This document shows positions 1 to 8,003 of a stretch of 63,240 nt of DNA, one piece after another. How positions within the stretch are numbered: position 1 is the first letter of the stretch; every line of letters starts with the position of its first letter. The notes under the pieces are model-generated. The model was not told where the DNA came from and ran no database searches. It was given only the letters and a program-made list of their open reading frames with translations. The translations under genes and the position numbers were made by a program. The stretch comes from Burkholderiales bacterium (GTDB lineage: Bacteria > Pseudomonadota > Gammaproteobacteria > Burkholderiales > Burkholderiaceae_C), in the NCBI GenBank assembly GCA_038230175.1, contig JBBRNS010000001.1:1-63240 (forward strand), given 5' to 3'.

Positions 1-874
1 CACCACCGCCGCCACCAAAACCCCCACCGAACCCACCACCACCCGAGCGCCCTCCCCCCATTCCGCCGTAGTAACCGCCACTGTACGTGCCGCCACTTCT
101 GCCCAGACCAACGCCCAACAAAGTGATTAAGAAGCCAATGCCACCGGCGAGCGCCGCAGCGAACAGTGCACCCGCAAAAAGCCAACCCACCAACCCCAGT
201 AAGCCCCCAGCCACCAGCGCACCGGGAACGCGACCAAACGCCTTGCGCAACACACTACCGAGGAACAGCGTCAACACCAACAGCATCGGCCACAGTTGGC
301 CAATGCTATGACCGGTCAAGCCCGCATTACCGCGCTTGGGTTCTGGTAGCGGCTCACCGTCAATGACCCGAATCATCTGCTCTACACCCGCACTGACGCC
401 TCCAAAGTAATCGCCTTGCTTAAGTGGCGGTGTAATCACCTCGCTAACAATGCGCTTGGCGGTGGCATCGTTCAACACCCCTTCGAGCCCGTAGCCGACT
501 TCGATCCGCAACGCACGGTCGTTCTTGGCGATCAACAATAAGGCACCGTCATCAATCTTTTTCCGGCCGAGCTTCCATAACTCGACCACACGCAAGGCGT
601 ACTGCTCGATCTCCTCGGGCTTGGTGGTCGAAACGATCAACACGGCAATCTGCGTGCCTTTTTTTTCCTCAAAGGTGCGCAGGCTTTGTTCCAGACCAGC
701 CTGCTGTTCGCTTGTCAGGGTGCCGGTCAGGTCCGTCAGACGTGCCTGCAGCGGCGGCACTGGCACCAAGCCTTGCGCGGCCTGGCTGGGCATCAACGCC
801 ATAAGCGCCAGCAGCCACAGCATGCACAGCCACCTGGCGGTGCCAGCGCCGACGAAGCGCCTTGTTGGGTTCAC
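1..874 (-). CDS. TPM-domain (YgcG-like) membrane protein, 3' end runs off window
   Basis: Manual translation from GTG at 874 (GTGA overlap with lemA stop): ...RLTDLTGTLT...GTQIAVLIV...WKLGRKKIDDGALLLIAKNDRALRIEVGYGLEG..., TM segments and Gly-rich tail; typical lemA partner. Confidence 0.9.
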   Translation of the reverse strand, partial: MNPTRRFVGAGTARWLCMLWLLALMALMPSQAAQGLVPVPPLQARLTDLTGTLTSEQQAGLEQSLRTFEEKKGTQIAVLIVSTTKPEEIEQYALRVVELWKLGRKKIDDGALLLIAKNDRALRIEVGYGLEGVLNDATAKRIVSEVITPPLKQGDYFGGVSAGVEQMIRVIDGEPLPEPKRGNAGLTGHSIGQLWPMLLVLTLFLGSVLRKAFGRVPGALVAGGLLGLVGWLFAGALFAAALAGGIGFLITLLGVGLGRSGGTYSGGYYGGMGGGRSGGGGFGGGFGGGGG

Positions 875-1488
875 TGCGAGCCCGCAGGCTTCGCCGCGTC
901 AGTGCCAAAGTCCACTACAGGCGGCACCGCGAGTGCTTTCTCATCCGCCACGGTGAAACTGGCCTTGACCTTGTAGCCAAATACCATGGCCGTCAGGTTG
1001 CTCGGGAACGAGCGCACGGAGACGTTGTAGGCCTGCACGGAGCTGATGAAACGGTTGCGCGCGACGGTGATACGGTTTTCAGTGCCCTCCAACTGGGCCT
1101 GCAGATCGCGGTAACCGGCATTGGCCTTGAGGTCAGGATACTTTTCCACCACCACAAGCAACTTGGACAGGGCGCCCGACAACTCCCCCTGCGCGGCCTC
1201 GAATTTGGCAAATGCAGCAGGGTCGTTGACCAACTCGGGCGTCGCGTTGATTGCCGTCGCCTTGGACCTGGCGTTGGTCACTGCAACCATGGTGTCCTGC
1301 TCGTACTTCGCATAGCCCTTGACGGTATTGACCAGGTTGGGAATCAGATCCGCGCGCCGCTGGTACTGGTTCAGCACTTCGGACCAACTGGCCTTAACCT
1401 GTTCATCGCCAGACTGGAAGGTGTTATAGCCGCAACCGGACAAGCCGACAGCGAGAAGTGCTACGAGGGCTAATAGAAATTTGCGCAT
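871..1488 (-). CDS. lemA: LemA family lipoprotein
   Basis: Lipobox LSGC; motifs YQRRADLIPNLV, YPDLKA, LEGTENRI. Confidence 0.95.
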   Translation of the reverse strand: MRKFLLALVALLAVGLSGCGYNTFQSGDEQVKASWSEVLNQYQRRADLIPNLVNTVKGYAKYEQDTMVAVTNARSKATAINATPELVNDPAAFAKFEAAQGELSGALSKLLVVVEKYPDLKANAGYRDLQAQLEGTENRITVARNRFISSVQAYNVSVRSFPSNLTAMVFGYKVKASFTVADEKALAVPPVVDFGTDAAKPAGSQ

Positions 1489-1835
1489 GGTTTTTTCCTG
1501 TTAATAAATGTCTCCAACACGGGCGCGCATCGACGCGCCAAACGTTTGTCGTTGGCTTACACAATATGCCATACCGCGATGGGCGAGTGTGTGCGCATCA
1601 GCATCGCATCGCGGGCTTCGGAATGCGCTTTCCCGTGCTTGGCTGCCAAAGCGGCGATCGGACTAGTCTTCCGCTGTTTGAGCGGATGGTTTTCACGATC
1701 GGAAAAGCGCCGTATCTGCTCGGGCTTGTCGATGTCGAGGTGGTCCTTCGGCAGCTTGTTGCCCGAATTGACCGGCATTCCCCCCGAACATCGGTACCGA
1801 CAGCATGGTTTGACACGTCCCAACGACCGGGCAGC

Positions 1836-1894
1836 TTTTGCCGCACCGGGTACGCCAGAATTTCAGGTGGAGACTCTGGATGGTCATGATCCAT
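1836..1894 (-). pseudogene. Probable truncated/frameshifted remnant of a DUF2933-like small membrane protein
   Basis: ATG 9 nt after the upstream stop reads MDHDHPESPPE, then with a 1-nt shift FWRTRCG; resembles from memory the MxHDH..PP.FWRSRY start of DUF2933 proteins in copper islands; no TM helix follows. Confidence 0.4.
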
Positions 1895-1903
1895 GATGCC
1901 CCC

Positions 1904-2437
1904 TTACTTAGAGACGGGCGCTGGCATACGGTCCATCATCATTTGCATCATGCCCTGCATCATGTCCATACGCTTTTCCATCATCTGCTGGCGGGCGGCC
2001 ATGTCAGCGGGCATCTGACCCTGCATGGCGTCAGCGTCCTTACCTTGCATCCCACCCATCATGCCCATTCCGCCTTTGCCACCCATACCACCCATCATGG
2101 CCATGCCGTCTTGCATGGTCTTCATGTGATCGGCCATAAGGGCGTTGCGCTCTTCTGGGGTTTTGGCAGCCATCATCTTTTCATGCATCTCCTGCATGGC
2201 TTTCATCTTGACGTCCATCATGCCCATGGTGGGTGCCGTCTCTACTTTGGTCTGAGTCGCTTTGGTCGCAGAAGCCTTGGCAGCGGGTATTTTTGCAGCT
2301 GGTGCTTTTGCGGCAGAGGCTGCGGTCTCTGGGTGGTGCGCATCCTCAGCCGAAGCCGAAACCGAGGCGCTCGCCAAGGCCAGCGTGGCCGCCAGGACCA
2401 AGGCCTTTTGTATGGAAGTCGTGTTGCTATTTTTCAT
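1904..2437 (-). CDS. Exported Met-rich helical protein, probable Cu(I)-binding
   Basis: Sec signal, HHP after cleavage site, very Met-rich repeats (MQEMHEKMM, MDMMQGMMQMMM); copper-island context. Confidence 0.8.
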   Translation of the reverse strand: MKNSNTTSIQKALVLAATLALASASVSASAEDAHHPETAASAAKAPAAKIPAAKASATKATQTKVETAPTMGMMDVKMKAMQEMHEKMMAAKTPEERNALMADHMKTMQDGMAMMGGMGGKGGMGMMGGMQGKDADAMQGQMPADMAARQQMMEKRMDMMQGMMQMMMDRMPAPVSK

Positions 2438-2486
2438 GGTGCTATTCCTATTTGATAATGATTTTTCAGGGGTTATGGGAGTTGGC

Positions 2487-2535
2487 GCGTTTCATCTTAT
2501 GGTCGGTGCACCCCCTGTGAATTGATGCGCATCAA
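2487..2535 (-). promoter_or_regulatory. Class II FNR-family promoter (TTGAT-GCGC-ATCAA plus -10 TAAGAT)
   Basis: Perfect TTGAT-N4-ATCAA at 2522-2535; TAAGAT at 2499-2494 puts the box centre at -41.5 for a start near 2487. Confidence 0.8.
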
Positions 2536-2590
2536 GACAGCGTGTGTCATCACCACCCATGGATGCCAGCCCTGACGGCAATAAGGCGGC

Positions 2591-2773
2591 TCATGACCGA
2601 ACATTCGGCTGGTGCCTCAGCAACAAGCCACCCAAGACCAAAAACATTGCAGACCCAAAGCCCCAGACCCAGGCATAGCCAATCATGTCGCCCCAAGGCA
2701 CCAGGGCATAGACCACGCCCAGCACCGCCCACACCAAGGCTACCGGGACGATAAGCCAGAAATCTTCATTCAT
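2591..2773 (-). CDS. Small 2-TM membrane protein (60 aa), possible accessory subunit of the oxidase-like complex
   Basis: RBS GAAGGAAG before ATG 2773; two hydrophobic helices; directly after subunit I gene. Confidence 0.7.
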   Translation of the reverse strand: MNEDFWLIVPVALVWAVLGVVYALVPWGDMIGYAWVWGFGSAMFLVLGGLLLRHQPNVRS

Positions 2774-2799
2774 GTTGCTTCCTTCGCGTTTGATGGTCA

Positions 2800-4470
2800 T
2801 CAATGTCCACCACCACCGCCCATGGCGGCAATCGGCAGGGCCTGCATCAACTCAAAAGCAAGGGCTGAAAACACATACATGGCCACCACAATAAACAGCA
2901 CCGATATCGGGCCAACCCACGCTTTTGCGCCTGCTTGCACCGGCGTCGCACCCCACGACACTAAAAAGTTAGTGACCGATTTGCCACTGGGGCGTGCACT
3001 GCGCAAAGACGCCGCAATACCAGCCGCAAAGACCAGCAATGCAGTCGCCATAACGCTGCCACCAATGGCCACCGCCACCATCAGGCCCTGCCACAGCGCG
3101 GGGGCCTGATTTTGGTAACTCACATCCATCACCCGCCTTGGCACCCCCAGATAACCCGCCGTGATGCCCGCCGTGCCAAACACCAAAAGCCCTGCGAATG
3201 CCAACCAAGGCATCCAGCGCAACACATCAGGCCGCCACAAAGCCCGCCCACCGATGGCCGGTAGCACTACCGCCAGCGCCGCCAACAGCGTCATGCTGAC
3301 CGTGCCCAGCGTGAAGAAGTGAAAGTACCCCGGCACAAAAAAGGTGTCCGACAACAATGGTGCCAGTTGTCCTTGAATCAGCACAAAGGCAAACACCAAG
3401 CCCAGCGCCATATTTAGCACCGCCACACCCATTGCCGCCATGGCCGGATGGCGCCACGGCAATAACCGAATCCAGCCAAACAGGCCTCCCCCTCCCTCGC
3501 CACGTGCATGCACTTCCAATGAGGCAACAATAATCAAGAACGCGGTGAGCGTCGGTACGCTAACGAACAAGGAGAGGATCGACCCCGCCACCTGCACCAC
3601 CTTGGGCAAATCGGGCTCCAAAAACATGTGGTACAGCGAGGTGGGCGGCACAAACACCAGGTACATGGAAAATACAATCTTGGAGAAGCGCTCGCCAAAT
3701 ACCGACTTGACCCCGGTGAGCACCTGCATCAACACGTACCAAAGAATGACGGTGGCCATCAGCGGCAGATAGTGCATGTTGTGGAACACGATGTGCCAGC
3801 GCGTGCCATGGCTGGCTGGGAACGGCCCCGCACCCAGCGCCCACAACACGCCCGGCACAAAGGTGTACAGCGCGGCAAACCCGGTTACCACCAAGAAGCC
3901 AGCCCAAGCGAACAGCGCAAAACCGACGGCGCTCAGTCGCTCCTGTTGCCCCTGCCAGCGCGGGCGCAGCAAGGTGACGATGGCGCTCACGGGTATGGCC
4001 ATCAATCCCAGACCCAGGGCTACGTAGCCCAGGTTGAACCAGAGCAGATCACGCGGGTTGTCCTGCACCAGCTCCGGTGCGCCGTTGTACAAGAGCGGCG
4101 CACCGGTGAATGAGCCCACCATGCTCAAAACCAAGCCCGCCAACATCAGCACAAAGCCCACCCACGCCACGCGCCGCCACGCCAAGCCACCGGGCTGCTC
4201 GCTTGCGGCAAAGCCCAGCAGCAAAGCGGTCTGCGTGGTGAACAGCCAGTAGAAGAAGATGCTTACGCCGTGCACCGTCAAGAACCGGTAACCGGTGCGG
4301 GGCAATACACCCAGCATGCCACCGCGCACCAGCGCCGTAGCCAAGCCGGCCAGCACGCCAATGACCAGCGCGACCAGTGCGACCGCTGCCATGTTTTTAA
4401 GCAAATTCCGATCACCGCTGGGCAGTGCAGCAAGACGGTCTGTATAGTTATTTGGATGCGCCACGCTCAT
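2800..4470 (-). CDS. Heme-copper oxidase subunit I homologue (B/ba3-like) with non-canonical active site
   Basis: 556 aa, many TM helices; LTVHG (H67), FHNMHY (H230/Y234), SLYHMF (Y280/H281), VPGYFH (Y382/H384), GVPRR; motif spacing matches ba3 subunit I. Confidence 0.85.
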   Translation of the reverse strand: MSVAHPNNYTDRLAALPSGDRNLLKNMAAVALVALVIGVLAGLATALVRGGMLGVLPRTGYRFLTVHGVSIFFYWLFTTQTALLLGFAASEQPGGLAWRRVAWVGFVLMLAGLVLSMVGSFTGAPLLYNGAPELVQDNPRDLLWFNLGYVALGLGLMAIPVSAIVTLLRPRWQGQQERLSAVGFALFAWAGFLVVTGFAALYTFVPGVLWALGAGPFPASHGTRWHIVFHNMHYLPLMATVILWYVLMQVLTGVKSVFGERFSKIVFSMYLVFVPPTSLYHMFLEPDLPKVVQVAGSILSLFVSVPTLTAFLIIVASLEVHARGEGGGGLFGWIRLLPWRHPAMAAMGVAVLNMALGLVFAFVLIQGQLAPLLSDTFFVPGYFHFFTLGTVSMTLLAALAVVLPAIGGRALWRPDVLRWMPWLAFAGLLVFGTAGITAGYLGVPRRVMDVSYQNQAPALWQGLMVAVAIGGSVMATALLVFAAGIAASLRSARPSGKSVTNFLVSWGATPVQAGAKAWVGPISVLFIVVAMYVFSALAFELMQALPIAAMGGGGGH

Positions 4471-5219
4471 ACCACCTCAATCGTTGCTTGCATCATGTCG
4501 TGTGCGTCACCGCAGTACACCGTGCAGTGCATCAGGTAGCGCCCAGGGCGTGAAAAAGTGAGTTCTGTCTCCGACACGCGCCCGGGCTGCAGGCGCATCA
4601 TGCGACCGCCCTTGCCAAACTGGATGGATGCGCCGTGCGCCACATCCAGCGCCATCATCTTGAAGCGGTAGGGCTGGCCCGCGTCCAGCCGCAGCACGTT
4701 GGGCAGGTAATACCACTTGCCGGCGACCATCAACACGTCGATGGCTTGCCCGGTGGCTGATTCGGAGTGGCCTTGTACGGCTTGTCCATGGTCGGCGTGC
4801 TCTGCCGAAGGCGCTGCATCCATATTGGCCATGCCCGCCATGTCGTGCCCCGCATGGGGGTCGGCAACCGGCATCGGCGCAGCCAAGGCAGCGCCAGGCA
4901 GCCGACGCGGGTATATGCTGCCATCGGGCATGCGGTACCGCTCCACGAACGCGGTCGTCATGCGGTTGAATTCTTCTGAAGTGGGGCCCATGGAAGCACC
5001 GCCACCATGGGCACTGTGCGCCCCGCCCGCAGCGGGCTTGGCGGTGTGTGCCAGCGCGTCTGCATCAGCACCCGCTTCGTGTGCCTTGCTGAGGCCCAAC
5101 AGCGCCAGTGGCGCAGGTGCAGCGCCATAGGCGGCCCACAGACCGTAAAGACTCAGACCACCAAACCCACTGACGGCGATAAAACCCCGGCGGGTTGTGA
5201 AGTGCTTTTCTGGCCTCAT
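4467..5219 (-). CDS. CuA-containing oxidase subunit II-like protein with Tat motif and His-rich linker
   Basis: TRRGFI; C-terminal cupredoxin with DVAHG and CTVYCGDAHDMM (CuA ligands); ATGA overlap with subunit I. Confidence 0.85.
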   Translation of the reverse strand: MRPEKHFTTRRGFIAVSGFGGLSLYGLWAAYGAAPAPLALLGLSKAHEAGADADALAHTAKPAAGGAHSAHGGGASMGPTSEEFNRMTTAFVERYRMPDGSIYPRRLPGAALAAPMPVADPHAGHDMAGMANMDAAPSAEHADHGQAVQGHSESATGQAIDVLMVAGKWYYLPNVLRLDAGQPYRFKMMALDVAHGASIQFGKGGRMMRLQPGRVSETELTFSRPGRYLMHCTVYCGDAHDMMQATIEVV

Positions 5220-5231
5220 GGTGCGGTGATA

Positions 5232-5699
5232 TCAAAGGTAATTTTGATAAACCGAGGTACTGCCATCGCGCTGGACCAATAGCACGGCAAACGGGTCTTT
5301 TCGACCCTTGTAAAAGGGGCCATCCATACCTGGCGAGCCGACCGGCATGCCGGGCACCGCAAGCCCTACCGCCTTGGGCTTCTCGCGCAACAAGCGCTGG
5401 ATTTCACGCACCGGTACATGGCCCTCCAGCGCATAGCCAGCAACCCGTGCGGTGTGGCATGACCCCAGATTGGCAGGTATTCCCAATTGCGCACGCGCGC
5501 CATTGTTGCCCGTCTCAGAAACGCGCACCTCAAACCCGGCCTTCTCCAAAATGGCCACCCAGTCTTTGCAGCAACCGCAGCTCGGGTCTTTCCAGACCTC
5601 GACCACGGTGCGCTTAGGGATCGCCCAGACGCTGACCGCAGGCAACAGCAAGGCGCTAGCCAGCACATGGCGACGATTCATTTTTGGCAATGACTGCAT
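5232..5699 (-). CDS. copG: DUF411/CopG periplasmic copper protein
   Basis: KDPSCGCC, SCHTA, EGHVP, LAVPGMPVGSPGM. Confidence 0.9.
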   Translation of the reverse strand: MQSLPKMNRRHVLASALLLPAVSVWAIPKRTVVEVWKDPSCGCCKDWVAILEKAGFEVRVSETGNNGARAQLGIPANLGSCHTARVAGYALEGHVPVREIQRLLREKPKAVGLAVPGMPVGSPGMDGPFYKGRKDPFAVLLVQRDGSTSVYQNYL

Positions 5700-5782
5700 T
5701 ACTCATCTCCTGCTTTAGAACACTTTTAAAAACACTCGAAAGCAGTCTAGAACAAGCACAACGCCAGCGGGGTGACGTCCAC

Positions 5783-5798
5783 ATTACATTTCTGTCAG
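5783..5798. promoter_or_regulatory. cop box (CopR/CusR-type binding site) in divergent promoter
   Basis: CTGACAGAAATGTAAT on minus strand, close to the (C/A)TGACA-N4-TGT(C/A)AT cop/cus box; cognate copRS in the same island. Confidence 0.75.
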
Positions 5799-6025
5799 CA
5801 TTGACGATGGTGCGAAGGCCGACCAACATGACAGGAAGATAACTGCCGTATTACATTGCTGTCGGGTCTGACTTATGTCAACCATTTCGACTTTTTCCCG
5901 GTAGCATTTACCGACGTACTTGGCGCTAATCCCCCCCCCTGAATGCCTTGCTGCCTCTGCGCAGTTGGGTGGGTGATTGGATGACAACGCAAATGACCCA
6001 TTAATTTTTAGCGAAAGAATTCCTC

Positions 6026-6514
6026 ATGAAAAATACTATCAAATTTATAGCTACTTGCGCACTATTAGCGGGATCTAGCGGCTCTTTTGCATCTGGAAAC
6101 CATGCAGGTGGGCATGGCCACGGCCATGGTGGCGAAACGATCGGAAAGCCGGGCGTCGCGGCCAAAGTGACCCGCACGATCAACGTGGATATGGCCGACG
6201 CCATGCGCTTCACGCCCGATGACATCCAGGTCAAGCAAGGCGAAACCATTCGCTTTGTGGTCAAAAATTCGGGGCAGCTGCGCCACGAGTTCATGTTGGG
6301 CACCACCAAAGACCTGAAGGAGCACTACGAGCTGATGAAAAGATTCCCGGAGATGGAGCATGCCGAAGACAACCAAGTCTCGGTGAAGCCTGGTGAAACC
6401 GGTGAAGTCATTTGGCACTTCACCAAAGCCACCAAGGTCGACTTTGCGTGCTTACACCCCGGCCATTACGACGCGGGTATGAAAGGCAGCATCAAAGTCG
6501 CTTCCGCCAAGTAA
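6026..6514 (+). CDS. copI: CopI-like periplasmic cupredoxin
   Basis: His-rich N-terminus, HEFMLG, HYELMKRFPEMEH, type-1 Cu motif CLHPGHYDAGM. Confidence 0.85.
   Translation: MKNTIKFIATCALLAGSSGSFASGNHAGGHGHGHGGETIGKPGVAAKVTRTINVDMADAMRFTPDDIQVKQGETIRFVVKNSGQLRHEFMLGTTKDLKEHYELMKRFPEMEHAEDNQVSVKPGETGEVIWHFTKATKVDFACLHPGHYDAGMKGSIKVASAK
6034..6099 (+). repeat. Dispersed ~65-bp repeat copy A (encodes CopI signal peptide)
   Basis: TACTAT-N7-ATAGC-TACTTGCGC-A-N7-CGGGATCTAG-CGGCTCTTTT; same spacing as other copies. Confidence 0.75.
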
Positions 6515-6536
6515 CAAACCCACGCAAGGAATTAGC

Positions 6537-6845
6537 ATGATCACATTGAAGAAGCTGGCCATCGCTGCCCTGATGGCCGCAGCCACCCTCACCACCGGCG
6601 CACTATGGGCGCAAGCAGCCACGGACATGAGCACTGGGGTGATCAAGAAAATTGACAAAGACACCCAAAAGATCACCATCAAGCACGGCGAAATTAAAAA
6701 CCTGGACATGCCGAGCATGACCATGGTGTTCAAGGTTACAGACGCTGCCTTGCTGGACAAAGTCAAACCCGGAGACAACGTCAAATTCACCGCAGAAAAG
6801 CAGGAAGGCGCTATCGTTGTCATGGCGATCGAGATTGCCAAGTAA
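6537..6845 (+). CDS. cusF: CusF-like periplasmic Cu(I)/Ag(I) chaperone
   Basis: ITIKHGEIKNLDMPSMTMVF motif, signal peptide. Confidence 0.9.
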   Translation: MITLKKLAIAALMAAATLTTGALWAQAATDMSTGVIKKIDKDTQKITIKHGEIKNLDMPSMTMVFKVTDAALLDKVKPGDNVKFTAEKQEGAIVVMAIEIAK

Positions 6846-6881
6846 CCGCGTTTAAAAAAATGGCCGAACAGGAGCAAATCA

Positions 6882-7985
6882 GTGATTCATCGACGCAACC
6901 CCTCTACAGCGCTACAGACGATTGCCCTGGGTGTGCTGGCCCTGCCTGTATTGGTGTCCGCCCAGATCGCCCCCGCACCGGCTGGACAGAACTGGCGGGA
7001 AGCCAACGACTCTGTGGGACAGTACAAACGCGGTCACGCGGATATTCTCAAATGGGAGAAAGAAAATATGCCCGCCGCGCAAAGCGAGGAACAGGGCAAA
7101 ACCCGTCTGAGTCTGATGACGCCTGAGGATGCAACCCGTCAGGCTTGGAAGGCGCACATCGAACTGACCAACCCAATTAACAGAATTGGTGCTGCCAACG
7201 TAGATCTGCTCGCCAAAGGTCGGTGGACCGACGTCGATCCGATCCTACAGCGCAAGGTGGACGACTATGGCGAACTGCTGGAAGTTGCCGCACAGGGCCG
7301 CAAAGCGTGGATTCAAGCGGTTGCTGCCCGTCAGGTGCTTAAGCACCAACATGACATGCTGGCGGCGGCAGAAGCGGCCAACGAGCTAGGTCGGCGCATG
7401 GTAAGCGTGGGCAACTGGAGCAAGCTCCAAGGGGCCCAGGTTCAATTGGCGCAGTCATCTGCGCAGATGAACCTGCGCCGAGCCCAATATTCAGCCACAC
7501 TGGCAGAGAGCGCGCTCATCAAAACACTGAAGCTCACAGGGGTGCACACCGCGGTCACTCTCCCTGAGAGCCTGCCAATGCTCCCTGCGCAAGCGCTTTC
7601 TTCAAAGATGCTCGATGAGCGCGCCGCAGCGATAGGAGCGCAGCTTACAGGCGCAGAAAAAATACGCAACGATGCCAACACCCGGCTCGCGCGCGAAGCC
7701 TATTTTGCTAGCCATGCCCTAGCCCTGGGTTCGCTCGACGTGCTCAAGGTGCGAGAGTTCATCACGGAGGAAACCGTCCTGCGTTACAACGGCATGCTTA
7801 AAAGCGTGTGGGACTTGTTGGGTGAGTCCTCCAGCCAGTCACAAGCGGTAGTCAACTCCATTGAAGCGCAGCGCGATTTTTGGATCGCAGAAACCGATCT
7901 GCAGTGGGTACTTCAAGGTGGTAACCCGGACCGTTTTGTATCCCTGGGTGGCGGCGGTGAGCCTGCTGCTGCAGCGGGTCATTGA
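6882..7985 (+). CDS. TolC/outer-membrane efflux family protein associated with copper oxidase
   Basis: Signal peptide, heptad helices, LRYNGML..V..LL and RDFWIAE motifs, C-terminal His; precedes the multicopper oxidase. Confidence 0.75.
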   Translation: MIHRRNPSTALQTIALGVLALPVLVSAQIAPAPAGQNWREANDSVGQYKRGHADILKWEKENMPAAQSEEQGKTRLSLMTPEDATRQAWKAHIELTNPINRIGAANVDLLAKGRWTDVDPILQRKVDDYGELLEVAAQGRKAWIQAVAARQVLKHQHDMLAAAEAANELGRRMVSVGNWSKLQGAQVQLAQSSAQMNLRRAQYSATLAESALIKTLKLTGVHTAVTLPESLPMLPAQALSSKMLDERAAAIGAQLTGAEKIRNDANTRLAREAYFASHALALGSLDVLKVREFITEETVLRYNGMLKSVWDLLGESSSQSQAVVNSIEAQRDFWIAETDLQWVLQGGNPDRFVSLGGGGEPAAAAGH

Positions 7986-8003
7986 ACGCATAGAAAGAAG
8001 CAT

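Noticed and set aside
1557-1823. 88-aa ORF between lemA and the island
   Set aside because: No recognisable motif and several competing frames; probably junction debris
2800-4470. Calling the gene a normal cbb3/ba3 oxidase, or a pseudogene
   Set aside because: Two canonical His ligands are missing, yet the frame, low-spin ligands, RR pair and partner genes are intact
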